A stretch of DNA of 64,000 nucleotides, taken from an uncultured virus (IMG/VR IMGVR_UViG_3300027808_000024) (taxonomy: Duplodnaviria; Heunggongvirae; Uroviricota; Caudoviricetes). The notes under the pieces are model-generated. The model saw only the letters and a program-made list of their open reading frames with translations. It was not told the DNA's origin and did not search any database. Position numbers and translations under genes: made by a program. Positions 11,410 to 22,231 of the stretch are shown here, piece after piece. Within the stretch, counting starts at the first letter, position 1. Each line of letters opens with the position of its first letter. The stretch lies in the IMG/VR virus record IMGVR_UViG_3300027808_000024; one strand, written 5' to 3'.

Positions 11410-12625
11410 TACAGAATCCAGACTAATCTCCGCAGTGCTAAAAGACAAACAGATACACGTTCTTTTACAGGCTAACGTAGATAACATTATGCGTACACAT
11501 AATGATGTGTGGCAATTTATACGTAGATATGCAGAAGTAAATGGTTCGGTTCCACCAACATCCCTGGTAGTAGAAAAGTTTAGAGACTTCCAGCCAGAAG
11601 ATGGAGTAGGATCTACAAAGCATCATCTTGAAGAGTTGCAAGTAGAATATCTTAATGAAAGCGTAAAAGACATTCTTCGCTCTGCAGCATCGGAGGTTCA
11701 GAGCGGTAATGGAACAGCAGCCCTAAATAATCTTATAACAAAAACAGCAGAACTAAAAAAGAATACGTCGAATATCCGTGATATTGATGCAACAGATATT
11801 GATTCTGCTATTGCATATTTTGAAAATGTTCGTAGAGAACAAGAGTTAGGCAAGATAGGTATTTCTACTGGGCTGCCAGGATTTGACAACTATCTCCCAT
11901 CAGGAATCATGCCAGGACAATTAGGTATCTTTCTTGCCTACCCAGGAATTGGTAAGTCTTGGTTGTCTTTGTATTTTGCAGTTCAGGCATGGAAGCAGGG
12001 TAAAACTCCACTTATCATAAGTCTTGAAATGTCAGAAGTAGAAGTTCGTAATCGTGTGTATACAATAATGGGAGAGGGATTGTGGTCACATAGAAAACTA
12101 AGTAATGGTAATGCAGAAACAGAAATGTTAAAAAAATGGCACAAAGATAAAGTTGATGGCAAGTGTCCTTTTCATATCATCTCAAGCGATAATGGTGGAG
12201 AGATTACCCCATCTGTAATTCGTGGAAAGATTGATCAATATAAACCAGATTTTGTTATAGTTGATTATCTACAACTTATGAGTCCAAACCAGAAGTCTGA
12301 TAATGAGACGGTACGCATGAAGAACCTGTCTCGTGAACTCAAACTAATGTCTATTGGTGAAGAGGTGCCTATCATTGCTATTTCATCTGCTACACCTGAT
12401 GATGTTACTAATTTAAATACCGTTCCAACTTTGGGTCAAACAGCATGGTCAAGGCAGATAGCATATGATGCTGACTGGGTTTTGGCATTGGGAAGAGCAG
12501 CAAACAGTGATGTTATTGAATGTGCATTTAGAAAAAACCGTAACGGCTTTATGGGAGACTTTTTAATTCAGGTTGATTTTGACAAAGGTTACTACAAGTA
12601 TAAGGATTTTGAGAATAATGCATAG
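11402..12625 (+). CDS. dnaB: DnaB-like replicative helicase
   Basis: Walker A AYPGIGKS, SLEMS, IVDYLQLM, DADWVLAL, KNRNG. Confidence 0.93.
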   Translation: MIDTESRLISAVLKDKQIHVLLQANVDNIMRTHNDVWQFIRRYAEVNGSVPPTSLVVEKFRDFQPEDGVGSTKHHLEELQVEYLNESVKDILRSAASEVQSGNGTAALNNLITKTAELKKNTSNIRDIDATDIDSAIAYFENVRREQELGKIGISTGLPGFDNYLPSGIMPGQLGIFLAYPGIGKSWLSLYFAVQAWKQGKTPLIISLEMSEVEVRNRVYTIMGEGLWSHRKLSNGNAETEMLKKWHKDKVDGKCPFHIISSDNGGEITPSVIRGKIDQYKPDFVIVDYLQLMSPNQKSDNETVRMKNLSRELKLMSIGEEVPIIAISSATPDDVTNLNTVPTLGQTAWSRQIAYDADWVLALGRAANSDVIECAFRKNRNGFMGDFLIQVDFDKGYYKYKDFENNA

Positions 12626-13541
12626 TGAAGTTTACACAGAAGATCAGGTAGAGAGAGTCTTAGAGGGCATTGGCATAGAAATATCCTCTCAGACTGAAAG
12701 CAACTTTATGATATTTTGTCCGTTTCATAATAACAACAGAACTCCAGCAGGAACTATCTCTAAAGAAAAAGGGCTGTTCTTTTGCTTTGGATGTCAGACC
12801 AGCAAGACTCTTATAGAGTTTGTGATGGCTGTATCGGGCAGAACATATTTTGAATCGGCTAGGTATATCAAACAAAAAGATAAAGAGTTAGATATAGAAA
12901 AGGTTGTAAATAAAAAACTTTATGTTGCTCCCGAGTTTGTGCAGTTTGACGAGGTATTAATTAAAAGACTAAACAATCAAGCACTAGAATCTCCAAGGGC
13001 AATGAATTACTTTCATGGTCGTAGAATAACAGATGAATCTGTTGCTAAGTTTTCTTTGGGGTATTCTGAAAAACAGGACTATGTAACAATACCAGTTCAA
13101 TCACCAGACGGTATGACTATTGGTTTTGTTGGTAGATCTATTGAGGGTAAGGAATTTAAAAATACACCAGGACTTCAAAAGTCAAAGATTTTATTTAATC
13201 TTCACAGAGTTAGGTCGTCTAGATTTGTTTATGTTGTTGAGTCATCTTTTGACGCAATCAGATTGGACCAAGTAGGTTTCCCTGCGGTTGCTACCCTAGG
13301 GGCTAATGTTTCATCAGTTCAGATGAAACTATTAGAAAAGTACTTCAGTGATGTTGTGCTTGTAGCAGACAATGATGAGGCTGGTTCCATAATGGTAGAT
13401 CGTATCTTAGGAAAGATAGGTTCTAAGGTTTCAGTTGTAAACATTGATCAAAAATATAAAGATATTGGCGAAATGAGCGATGAGGAAATTAAAAAACTAG
13501 AATATAAGTTTGACAACTCAATAGTCGCTATGCTAAAATAG
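12618..13541 (+). CDS. dnaG: DNA primase (CHC2 Zn finger + TOPRIM)
   Basis: CPFH..FFCFGC; VVESSFD; ADNDEAG; ATG at 12618. Confidence 0.9.
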   Translation: MHSEVYTEDQVERVLEGIGIEISSQTESNFMIFCPFHNNNRTPAGTISKEKGLFFCFGCQTSKTLIEFVMAVSGRTYFESARYIKQKDKELDIEKVVNKKLYVAPEFVQFDEVLIKRLNNQALESPRAMNYFHGRRITDESVAKFSLGYSEKQDYVTIPVQSPDGMTIGFVGRSIEGKEFKNTPGLQKSKILFNLHRVRSSRFVYVVESSFDAIRLDQVGFPAVATLGANVSSVQMKLLEKYFSDVVLVADNDEAGSIMVDRILGKIGSKVSVVNIDQKYKDIGEMSDEEIKKLEYKFDNSIVAMLK

Positions 13542-13559
13542 AAGAAACAAGGAGAAATA

Positions 13560-14213
13560 ATGACAATAGTAAAAGGTCTAAAAAATATCAATGCATTAGT
13601 TGATAAGCCAAAATATGAAGGTACAGGAAGTAAGGTTCGCTGGCTAAAATTAGCAGACGGACAATCAGTAAAAATTCGTTTCATTGAAGAGTTGGATGAA
13701 GACTCTGCAAATTACAGCGACAGCCGTGGTCTTGCTCTAGTTGTAAAAGAACACACAAATCCAAAAGACTACAAGCGCCGTGCTCTTGACACAATGGAAA
13801 CAGAGGGTCGTGACTGGGCAGAAGAAATGCATCGCAAGGATCCAAAGGCTGGCTGGAGAGCACGTCTTCGTTTCTATTGCAACGTTCTAGTTGATGATGG
13901 ACTAGAAGCGCCATATGTTGCTATTTGGGCAATGGGTGTAAGCAAGCAATCATCATTTAATACTATTCGTGAGTATGCTCTTGAAACAGGAAGCATCTCT
14001 AATATTGTTTGGAAGTTAAAGCGTAACGGGCAGGGTACTGAAACAAGTTACACATTAATTCCAGGTGGTCCAGATAAAGAACCATTTGATTGGTCTAAGG
14101 CAGAGCCATTCCCATTGGAAAAGGCTCTTAACAAAATTCCTTATGCTGAGCAAGAGGCATATTATTTAGGGTTTGATACTCCAGGCAGTTCGTCAACAAA
14201 CGTTGACTGGTAG
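13560..14213 (+). CDS. Single-stranded DNA-binding protein (gp32-like)
   Basis: WLKLADGQSVKIRF..KRNGQGTETSY; between primase and polymerase; AAGGAG RBS. Confidence 0.7.
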   Translation: MTIVKGLKNINALVDKPKYEGTGSKVRWLKLADGQSVKIRFIEELDEDSANYSDSRGLALVVKEHTNPKDYKRRALDTMETEGRDWAEEMHRKDPKAGWRARLRFYCNVLVDDGLEAPYVAIWAMGVSKQSSFNTIREYALETGSISNIVWKLKRNGQGTETSYTLIPGGPDKEPFDWSKAEPFPLEKALNKIPYAEQEAYYLGFDTPGSSSTNVDW

Positions 14214-14216
14214 TAG

Positions 14217-17200
14217 ATGAATTACGCACCCTTACATCTTCATACTCACTTTTCTTTATTTGACGGAATAGGTACTCCAGAAGAGTATATCAACCGTGCA
14301 GTAAGTTTGAGTATGCCAGCAGTTGCAATTACAGATCACGGAACTCTTTCTGGTCATCGTGAGTTTTATCGTATTGCAAAAGAAAAGGGTGTTAAGCCGA
14401 TCCTTGGTCTAGAAGGATATATGTGTGCAGACATCTCTGATAGAAGAGATAAGTCTGAAAGAGAAGGTCAACAAGATCTTGTTTATAATCACATTATCCT
14501 TTTAGCCAAGAATCAAAAGGGCCTAGAAAATTTAAATAAGATAAGCGAATTGGCTTGGACAGATGGATTCTTTAAGAAGCCCAGGTTTGATTTTAATATT
14601 TTAGAAAAGCACAAAGAGGGAATTATTGTTTCTTCCGCCTGCCCAAGCAGCGTTTTGGTTAAGGCCCTAGAAGAAAATGAATTTGCAATAGCAAAAAAAT
14701 ACATTGCTTGGTTTAAGAATGCTTTCGGTGCAGACTATTACATTGAAGTCATGCCACACAATAAACCAGAAATAAATAAATACCTTATAGATTTAGCAGA
14801 TGAGTTTGATATCAAAGTTATTGTTACTCCAGACTGCCACCACGTTGACGAGTCTCAAAGAGAAATACAAGAGTTTAAGTTATTAATGAACACACATGCC
14901 AAAGTTGCCAAAGATGTATCATATGAAAAAGCAAAGAAGGCATCTTCTATGATGGACAGGCTAGATGCCCTATATGGCAAAGATCGTGAAATGACATTTA
15001 AGAACTTTAATATTCACCTTCTTTCATATGAAGAGATAAAGGCTGATATGAAAAAGCAGGGTATTGATAGAGAAGACATATATTCAAATACCTTGTTACT
15101 TGCAGAAACAGTAGAAGATTATAATATTAAAGATGGTTTAGATCTTCTTCCAGCACAATACAAAAGCCCTGACCAAGAACTATCTAACTTGGCATTTGCA
15201 GGACTTGAAGAAAAGAAGCTGACATCTAATTGGCTTGGTAATGATATCTATGAGCAAAGACTAGATGAAGAACTTCATATTATTAGAGAAAAAAAGTTTG
15301 CTCCATACTTTCTCGTTGTTCAAAATATGATTGACTGGGCTAAGAAAGAAGAGATTCTTGTGGGTCCAGGGAGAGGTTCTTCTGCTGGTTCTTTGGTTTG
15401 TTACCTTTTGGGTATAACAGAAATTGATCCGATAGAGCATGACCTGCTGTTCTTCAGATTCATCAATCCTGAGCGCAATGACTTTCCTGATATTGACACA
15501 GATATTCAAGACTCTCGTCGTGAAGATGTAAAAGATTATCTAGTTAGACAATATCGCCATGTAGCATCTATTGCAACCTTCTTATCGTTTAAAGATAAGG
15601 GTGTTGTTCGTGATGTTGCGAGAGTATTGAATATACCGCTAACAGACGTAAATAAAGTTCTAAAGACCATTGATACATGGGATGAGTATTGTAGATCAAA
15701 AACAACTTTATGGTTTAGAGATAAGTATCCAGAAGTTGAGGTTTATGGAGAACAGTTGCGTGGAAGAATTAGAGGAACTGGAATTCATGCTGCTGGTGTT
15801 GTAACTAGCAAAGAGCCAATATTTAGACATGCACCTATGGAGACAAGATCTTCAACTGGTTCTAATGAAAGAATTCCTGTTGTTGGAATTGACATGGAAG
15901 AAGCAGAAAAGATTGGTTTAATTAAAATTGATGCTCTTGGGCTAAAGACTTTGAGCGTGATGAAGGACTGTATTGACATTATCAAGGAGCGAGAGGGAAC
16001 AACAGTAGATCTTTTGCAGATTAAGATGGACGATGCAAAGGTGTATGAAATGCTCTCTGATGGATATACCAAGGGAGTTTTCCAGTGTGAAGCAGCACCT
16101 TACACAAATCTTCTTGTAAAGATGCGTGTAAAGAACTTTTCAGAACTTGCTGCTTCTAATGCTTTGGTTCGTCCAGGCGCCATGAATACTATTGGCAAAG
16201 ACTATATTGCTCGTAAGCACGGAAGACAAAATATTGATTATCTTCATCAGATATTAAAGCCCTTGACTGAGGAAACATATGGATGCATTTTATATCAAGA
16301 ACAAGTTATGCAGGCTTGCGTAGAACTTGGCGGTATGACAATGGCAGAAGCAGACAAGGTTCGTAAAATTATTGGTAAGAAAAAGGATGCGAGGGAATTT
16401 GATGAGTTTAAAGACAGGTTTATCAAAGGGGCTTCTAAGTATATTACTCCTAATGCTGCTTTGGATCTTTGGCAAGACTTTGAAGCACATGCGGGATACT
16501 CGTTTAACAAATCACATGCCGTTGCTTACAGTACTCTCTCGTATTGGACGGCGTGGCTCAAATACTACTACCCACTAGAATTTATGTTTGCTCTTCTTAA
16601 AAATGAGAAGGATAAGGATACGAGAACAGAGTATCTTATTGAGGCAAAGCGCATGGGGATCACAATCAAACTACCACACGTAAACGAATCAGATGTTGAT
16701 TTTAAAATTGAAGGTAAAGGAATTAGATTTGGACTATCTGCAATCAAGTGGATATCTGGAACTATTGCTGAAAGATACATTGCAGCAAGGCCGTTTACGT
16801 CCTATGAACATGTAGAAAAGTTTACATTTACAAAAGGTAATGGAGTAAACAGTAGGGCTTTACAGGCAATGAATTGTATTGGAGCACTTACTTTTACGGA
16901 CAATTCAGTAGATCAGGCAAAAGTAAAAGAAAATCTTTATGAGTATCTTAACCTGCCAGAGTTTAATGTTCAGATACCACAACATTACTATGCATATATA
17001 AATGATGTTGATGAGTATGAAGAAAAGGGTGCTTTTATATTGATGGGCATGGTAAAATCAATTAAGAGAGCAAAGGGTTGGTCAAGAATAGAATTGTTAG
17101 ACAAAACGGGAAGTGTTGGGATATTTGATGAAGAAAATACCACTATTGAGGCTGGTCGTACTTATCTTGTTCTTGCAAATGATAATAGGGTTGTTTCTGC

Positions 17201-17504
17201 AATTCCTGTTGATGAAGTATCTACTTCTAAAGATCCACTAATTAAGTTTTTAAATTACAAGATGTTGCCATATAAAGAGGGCGAACACTATGTTGTATCT
17301 TTTAAGCCTAGAGTAACTAAGGCTGGTAAGAAAATGGCATCACTAACAGTTGCCGATGCTGGCAGAGAGTTACATGCAATTACTGTATTTCCTACCGCTT
17401 TTGCAAAAGCATACATGCATGTTCAAGCAGGAAATGTTTATAAGTTTGAGTTTAAAGAAACCAAAGAAGGAACTAGAATAATGGAGGATGTAGTAAATGT
17501 TTGA
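14217..17504 (+). CDS. dnaE: DNA polymerase III alpha subunit
   Basis: PHP domain HLHTHFS/AITDHG; GPGRGSSAGS; FPDIDTD; YSFNKSHAVAY. Confidence 0.96.
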   Translation: MNYAPLHLHTHFSLFDGIGTPEEYINRAVSLSMPAVAITDHGTLSGHREFYRIAKEKGVKPILGLEGYMCADISDRRDKSEREGQQDLVYNHIILLAKNQKGLENLNKISELAWTDGFFKKPRFDFNILEKHKEGIIVSSACPSSVLVKALEENEFAIAKKYIAWFKNAFGADYYIEVMPHNKPEINKYLIDLADEFDIKVIVTPDCHHVDESQREIQEFKLLMNTHAKVAKDVSYEKAKKASSMMDRLDALYGKDREMTFKNFNIHLLSYEEIKADMKKQGIDREDIYSNTLLLAETVEDYNIKDGLDLLPAQYKSPDQELSNLAFAGLEEKKLTSNWLGNDIYEQRLDEELHIIREKKFAPYFLVVQNMIDWAKKEEILVGPGRGSSAGSLVCYLLGITEIDPIEHDLLFFRFINPERNDFPDIDTDIQDSRREDVKDYLVRQYRHVASIATFLSFKDKGVVRDVARVLNIPLTDVNKVLKTIDTWDEYCRSKTTLWFRDKYPEVEVYGEQLRGRIRGTGIHAAGVVTSKEPIFRHAPMETRSSTGSNERIPVVGIDMEEAEKIGLIKIDALGLKTLSVMKDCIDIIKEREGTTVDLLQIKMDDAKVYEMLSDGYTKGVFQCEAAPYTNLLVKMRVKNFSELAASNALVRPGAMNTIGKDYIARKHGRQNIDYLHQILKPLTEETYGCILYQEQVMQACVELGGMTMAEADKVRKIIGKKKDAREFDEFKDRFIKGASKYITPNAALDLWQDFEAHAGYSFNKSHAVAYSTLSYWTAWLKYYYPLEFMFALLKNEKDKDTRTEYLIEAKRMGITIKLPHVNESDVDFKIEGKGIRFGLSAIKWISGTIAERYIAARPFTSYEHVEKFTFTKGNGVNSRALQAMNCIGALTFTDNSVDQAKVKENLYEYLNLPEFNVQIPQHYYAYINDVDEYEEKGAFILMGMVKSIKRAKGWSRIELLDKTGSVGIFDEENTTIEAGRTYLVLANDNRVVSAIPVDEVSTSKDPLIKFLNYKMLPYKEGEHYVVSFKPRVTKAGKKMASLTVADAGRELHAITVFPTAFAKAYMHVQAGNVYKFEFKETKEGTRIMEDVVNV

Positions 17505-17814
17505 TGAGTTAGCAGAAGAGATACACAAAAATGCGGTAACCAAAGGGTTTTGGGACAAGACTGTAGACCCTATCTTTGTGGCAAAGCAGATGATGATGAT
17601 TGTTTCAGAAGTGTCTGAGGCGATGGAGGCTCTTCGTAAAGATATGGATCCTGACCAGATATCAGATGAGTTTGCAGATATTATTATTCGTACCCTTGAT
17701 TTATACGCGGGTATAGCAGAAGCAGGGTATGTAAAGAAATCACTTGATTATGCAATTAAAGAAAAGATGGAAAGAAATACACATAGACCAAAGAAGCATG
17801 GGGTAAGATTTTAA
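17497..17814 (+). CDS. MazG-like NTP pyrophosphohydrolase
   Basis: SEVSEAMEALRK..DEFADIIIR..EKMERN. Confidence 0.85.
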   Translation: MFDELAEEIHKNAVTKGFWDKTVDPIFVAKQMMMIVSEVSEAMEALRKDMDPDQISDEFADIIIRTLDLYAGIAEAGYVKKSLDYAIKEKMERNTHRPKKHGVRF

Positions 17815-18830
17815 TGACATTAACAATAGATCAGGTACTATCACAACTAAATCCTAAACTAAGGAAAAGCATTCTTGTTGGAGATGAAATACCAAAAACA
17901 GAATACGCTGCAACCCCTAGTTATGGATTAAACAAAGCATTGAATGGTGGTTTGCCATATGGCAGACAGGTGCTAATTTGGGGTAGCAAGTCTAGCGCTA
18001 AGTCCTCTTTGTGTTTACAGATGATTGCTATGGCGCAAAAAGAGGGAAAGGTCTGTGCATGGATTGATGCAGAAATGTCATACGATAAGGTATGGTCAGA
18101 AAAATTAGGAGTAGACACCTCTAAGTTAATAGTTTCACAAGCAAGAACGATTAATGAAATGGTAGATGTTGGAGTAAATTTAATGGAGGCTGGAGTTGAC
18201 ATTATTGTTGTTGACTCGGTAACATCTTTGTTGCCAGCCATATACTTTGAAAAAGATTCTGATGAATTAAAACAATTAGAAAACACAAAGCAAATTGGTG
18301 CAGAATCAAGAGACTTTAGTAATGCTTGGAAAATGATTAACTATGCAAACAACAAGGTAAAGCCAACATTGTTTGTTTTAATTAGTCAGTCTCGTAATAA
18401 TATTAATGCAATGTACACAAGCCAGCAGCCAACTGGAGGTCAGGCTACAAAATTCTATTCGTCTACAATTATTAAGTTGTTTTCGTCTGAATCAGACAAT
18501 CAAGCCATAAAAGGAAAAATACATGTCGGAGATAAAATTATTGAAGAAAAGATTGGTCGCAAGATTAGGTGGGATTTACAATTTTCTAAGACTTCACCCT
18601 CTTTTCAAAATGGAGAGTATGATTTCTATTTTAGGGGTGACAATGTTGGCATTGACTTTATTGGTGATCTTGTTGACACTGCTGAATTGGCTGGACACAT
18701 AAACAGAACTGGGGCCTGGTATCAACTAGATGATGGTACAAAGGTGCAGGGTCGTGATGGACTTATTGCTAGAGTAAAAGAAGATTTAGAACTACAAGAG
18801 ATTTTGAAAAATAAACTAAACAATGTCTAG
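17814..18830 (+). CDS. recA: RecA/UvsX-like recombinase
   Basis: GGLPYGR, WGSKSSAKSS, WIDAE, VVDSV, GG.A.KFYSS, GAWY. Confidence 0.92.
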   Translation: MTLTIDQVLSQLNPKLRKSILVGDEIPKTEYAATPSYGLNKALNGGLPYGRQVLIWGSKSSAKSSLCLQMIAMAQKEGKVCAWIDAEMSYDKVWSEKLGVDTSKLIVSQARTINEMVDVGVNLMEAGVDIIVVDSVTSLLPAIYFEKDSDELKQLENTKQIGAESRDFSNAWKMINYANNKVKPTLFVLISQSRNNINAMYTSQQPTGGQATKFYSSTIIKLFSSESDNQAIKGKIHVGDKIIEEKIGRKIRWDLQFSKTSPSFQNGEYDFYFRGDNVGIDFIGDLVDTAELAGHINRTGAWYQLDDGTKVQGRDGLIARVKEDLELQEILKNKLNNV

Positions 18831-19017
18831 TAAATTTACGGTATATGAAGGGAAGTTTCCATGCAGAACTTGCAAGCAAGAGGTGCTAAGCATAAGAATA
18901 TATCTAGAAACTGGAATTGGGACATGGATGTGCAAAGAGAAACACCTTTCAGAAGCCCAAGTTTATCAAGTAGGATACAAGAACAAGAAGGCTTATGAGC
19001 GAAAAGAACGAAAGTAA
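18823..19017 (+). CDS. Small Zn-binding protein
   Basis: CRTC...CKEKH; coupled to neighbours. Confidence 0.5.
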   Translation: MSSKFTVYEGKFPCRTCKQEVLSIRIYLETGIGTWMCKEKHLSEAQVYQVGYKNKKAYERKERK

Positions 19018-19300
19018 AAGAATAGGTGCTAAACAGCACAAAAATTCTGGTCGTAATAACCAGAAAGGCGATGCTACGTGGAGAAATTTTGTTATTGACT
19101 TTAAAGAGTCGGCAAAGTCTTTTACCATAAATCAAGACATATGGGCTAAAGCAGTAACCGATTCAATAAAGGCTGGCACAGATAAGTCTCCTGCAATAGT
19201 CATAGTTTTGGGCGAGGGAAATAAAAAAACCAGACTAGCCCTAATAGAGTTTGAATTACTAGATCAATTAACTTGGGAGGTTAAAAATGGAACCAACTAA
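18995..19300 (+). CDS. PD-(D/E)XK nuclease, Holliday-junction-resolvase-like
   Basis: NSGR..KGDA..FVIDFKE..SFTI. Confidence 0.7.
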   Translation: MSEKNESKRIGAKQHKNSGRNNQKGDATWRNFVIDFKESAKSFTINQDIWAKAVTDSIKAGTDKSPAIVIVLGEGNKKTRLALIEFELLDQLTWEVKNGTN

Positions 19301-19592
19301 ACCTACTATACAACAGGTTGATGGTTTGTCAGAAATAGCAGATTTTATGCAAGATGAAGAACTTACTGCTGCTCTTGTATTTATAGCAAAGGTCATACTT
19401 AAACCAGATATACCTTTGAATGTGGCTACTGTTGAGATAGTTAGACTTCAGGCAATTGCAGCAAAAATGTCATTTAAGGCTACTTGGATGGCTAATGTTG
19501 ACAAAAGTGATAGAGGTAAGAAAAATATTTACTATACCGCTGCAGAAGCGATCAACAACTTGGTATCTGCGCTAAAGTATACGATACGCTAA
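19287..19592 (+). CDS. Hypothetical protein
   Basis: GGAGG RBS; 101 aa helical ORF. Confidence 0.55.
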   Translation: MEPTKPTIQQVDGLSEIADFMQDEELTAALVFIAKVILKPDIPLNVATVEIVRLQAIAAKMSFKATWMANVDKSDRGKKNIYYTAAEAINNLVSALKYTIR

Positions 19593-19617
19593 CTGATATA
19601 ATAGAATAAAGGATAAT

Positions 19618-20457
19618 ATGAGTAAAAACTTACTGCAGCAAATTATGATAAAGACAGAAGAAAAAAAGAAAAGGCCAGAGAGTTCTTTTAAACTTGATGG
19701 TCTTGTAGAAAAAATTAAGGCTGGTTATACAAATAAACTAGTTCCTAAAGAGCAGACCAAGTACTCTTTTGCTCCATCTACCATTGCTTATAGCCATGGA
19801 GAGTGTCCAAGATATTGGTATCTTGCTTTTTCTGGTGCAACATTTGAAGATAACTCTGATGCTTTTGGTGTGGCAAATAGAACTAACGGAAGTAAGAGCC
19901 ACGATAGAATTCAACAAGCCTTAATGGATTCTGGAATTGCAAAGATATTTAAAAAGGTAGATAAAGAAACACAAAAAGAAAAAGACACAACCGAGTTTGA
20001 GATTAGAAATGAGAACCCTCCTATCTTTGGATATGGTGATGGAATCATACAATGGAACGATAAAGAAGTTGTAATAGAAATAAAGACAGTTCCAAACGAA
20101 GGGTTTGAATACAGGAAGAACAGTGGCAAAGGCAAAAAGGCTCACATCATTCAGATACTTATCTATATGAAGATTCTTGGTCATAAGCATGGAATTCTTA
20201 TTTATGAAAATAAAAATAATCACGAACTACTTCCAATATTAATAGAGGTAGATGATTACTATCGTGACTATATTAATAATGCTTTTGATTGGATGAAAAC
20301 TGTGAGGGCAAGTTGGATGAAAAATGAACTTCCAACTAAGAATTACAGGGCTAACTCAAAGATATGTAAAACCTGTCCAATTAAAAATACTTGTGATGCT
20401 GCTGGTGTGGGTGTGGTGAAGATTGCTTCACTGGAGGATCTGCGTGAAACCATGTGA
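19618..20457 (+). CDS. Cas4-like PD-(D/E)XK exonuclease
   Basis: CPRYWY, G.GDG, EIKT, QILIY, C-terminal CKTCPIKNTC. Confidence 0.85.
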   Translation: MSKNLLQQIMIKTEEKKKRPESSFKLDGLVEKIKAGYTNKLVPKEQTKYSFAPSTIAYSHGECPRYWYLAFSGATFEDNSDAFGVANRTNGSKSHDRIQQALMDSGIAKIFKKVDKETQKEKDTTEFEIRNENPPIFGYGDGIIQWNDKEVVIEIKTVPNEGFEYRKNSGKGKKAHIIQILIYMKILGHKHGILIYENKNNHELLPILIEVDDYYRDYINNAFDWMKTVRASWMKNELPTKNYRANSKICKTCPIKNTCDAAGVGVVKIASLEDLRETM

Positions 20458-20737
20458 GTTTTGTAACAAAAAGTTTGCTCCAAAGGTAACCTATCAGATA
20501 TATTGCAGCGAAGAATGTAGAACTAACGCTACAAAAGAAAAAATTGCTGAAAGATATCAGATTTCTCGTAGACAAAAAAGAATAGGTAAAAAAAGAATTT
20601 GTCTAGGTGGTTGCGGAACAAAACTTTCAATTTACAACGACTCAGGATTTTGCTCTAATTGCAACATTCATCAAAAGGCAGTTGAGAAAATGATAAAACA
20701 ACTAAAAGGATTTATTGATTATGAACAAGACAATTAG
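20444..20737 (+). CDS. Cys-rich Zn-finger protein
   Basis: CEFC..YCSEEC..CLGGC..CSNC; GTG start after GGAGG. Confidence 0.6.
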   Translation: MKPCEFCNKKFAPKVTYQIYCSEECRTNATKEKIAERYQISRRQKRIGKKRICLGGCGTKLSIYNDSGFCSNCNIHQKAVEKMIKQLKGFIDYEQDN

Positions 20738-21302
20738 CCAACCGCCAGTTATATGTGCTATTGATGCCAGTACTAATAGTCTTGCATTTGCTTTTTATTC
20801 ATACAAAACCCTAACACAGTATGGAAAAATAAATTTTGAAGGAGATAACATTTATCAAAAAGTTCTTGATGCTTGTGCAAAAGTAAAACCATTTTTTGAG
20901 CATTTTAATAAAACAAATGCAATAGTTATTGAGCATACTGTTTTTATGAATAGTCCAAAAACTGCAGCAGATCTTGCTCTTGTTCAAGGGGCAATCATTG
21001 GCGCTGCAGGTCTTGCAGGAATTTCTATAATTGGTAGAGTATCTCCAATAACTTGGCAAAGTTATTTGGGTAATAAGAAACTAACTAAAGAAGAACAGCT
21101 TAAAATAAGATCCTTAAATCCAGGCAAGTCTGATTCTTGGTATAAATCTTATGAGAGAGATTTTAGAAAACGCAGAACTATAAAGTTGTTAGAGGTAGCA
21201 TACGATAAACAAATAGATGATTATGACGTAGCAGATGCTGCTGGAATAGGTCATTGGTCTATAAATAACTGGGAAAAGGCTGTGAAATTTGACAAGGACT
21301 AG
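20721..21302 (+). CDS. RuvC-like Holliday junction resolvase
   Basis: AIDAST, IVIEH, DDYDVADAAGI acidic catalytic pattern. Confidence 0.8.
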   Translation: MNKTISQPPVICAIDASTNSLAFAFYSYKTLTQYGKINFEGDNIYQKVLDACAKVKPFFEHFNKTNAIVIEHTVFMNSPKTAADLALVQGAIIGAAGLAGISIIGRVSPITWQSYLGNKKLTKEEQLKIRSLNPGKSDSWYKSYERDFRKRRTIKLLEVAYDKQIDDYDVADAAGIGHWSINNWEKAVKFDKD

Positions 21303-21304
21303 TT

Positions 21305-21460
21305 ATGAGTGGTAAACTGTATACAAGCCAAGTTTGGCTAAAGAAAAGATATCATATGGACAAAAAAAGCCCAGAAGATATTGCTAAAGAGTGCGGGGTA
21401 AGCGTAGAGACTATTTATGTATACCTTGCTAAATTTGGACTAAGGAAATCAAAACGATGA
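21305..21460 (+). CDS. Small HTH protein (51 aa, absent from ORF track)
   Basis: MSGKLYTSQVWLKKRYHMDKKSPEDIAKECGVSVETIYVYLAKFGLRKSKR; ATGA overlap with next gene. Confidence 0.75.
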   Translation: MSGKLYTSQVWLKKRYHMDKKSPEDIAKECGVSVETIYVYLAKFGLRKSKR

Positions 21461-21711
21461 GTGAAGATAAGTTTAGAATAGTAGTAGATCAAGTAAATCA
21501 TCCTGTCCACTATACATCAGATCCTAGTGGTGTAGAGGCTATACAAATAACAAGACACAGAAATTTTAACATAGGCAATGCCTTTAAATATCTTTGGAGA
21601 GCAGGGCTTAAAAATGAAGAAACTCATATTGAAGATCTAAAGAAGGCAATCTTCTACATTCAAGATGAGATTAACAGACTAGAAGGCAAATATGACCAGC
21701 ACAGAGATTGA
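21457..21711 (+). CDS. DUF3310 family protein
   Basis: DQVNHPVHY..GNAFKYLWRAGLK..EDLKKAIFYI. Confidence 0.85.
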   Translation: MSEDKFRIVVDQVNHPVHYTSDPSGVEAIQITRHRNFNIGNAFKYLWRAGLKNEETHIEDLKKAIFYIQDEINRLEGKYDQHRD

Positions 21712-22231
21712 ATTAGTAAAGCATCTTGATGAAATAAACAAGGTGGTTGAAGAATATTTAAAAGGAAACGATCCAACAAGAATATCAAAGACTCTTGACC
21801 TACCAAGAACAAGAGTTGTAGCCCATCTTAATGAATGGCGAGTCATGGCCTCTGCCAATGATGCTATTCGTGCTCGTGCAAAAGAGGCTTTAGTTGGAGC
21901 AGACGCACACTATACTAAACTAATTAATAAAGCATATGAAGTTATAGAAGATTCTACTACTACGGCAAATCTAAATGCCAAGACCGCTGCAATTAAACTA
22001 GTCATGGATATTGAGTCAAAAAGAATTGACATGTTGCAAAAGGCTGGGCTATTAGAAAATAAAGAACTTGCAGAAGAGATGGTTCAAATTGAGAAACGTC
22101 AAGAGGTTTTGATTGGAATTCTGCGTGATATTGCTTCCGAGCATCCAGAGATTAGAGATATTGTTATGTCAAGATTATCTGAGATTGCTAGAGAGGGAGA
22201 GGTAATAACAATTGTCCACGATGTTCAATGA
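21692..22231 (+). CDS. Probable terminase small subunit
   Basis: N-terminal HTH, helical, overlaps large terminase start. Confidence 0.6.
   Translation: MTSTEIELVKHLDEINKVVEEYLKGNDPTRISKTLDLPRTRVVAHLNEWRVMASANDAIRARAKEALVGADAHYTKLINKAYEVIEDSTTTANLNAKTAAIKLVMDIESKRIDMLQKAGLLENKELAEEMVQIEKRQEVLIGILRDIASEHPEIRDIVMSRLSEIAREGEVITIVHDVQ

Noticed and set aside
19618..20457. Cas4-like gene as evidence of a CRISPR-Cas system
   Set aside because: Solo Cas4-like nucleases are common in phage replication modules; no cas1/cas2 or repeat-spacer array seen
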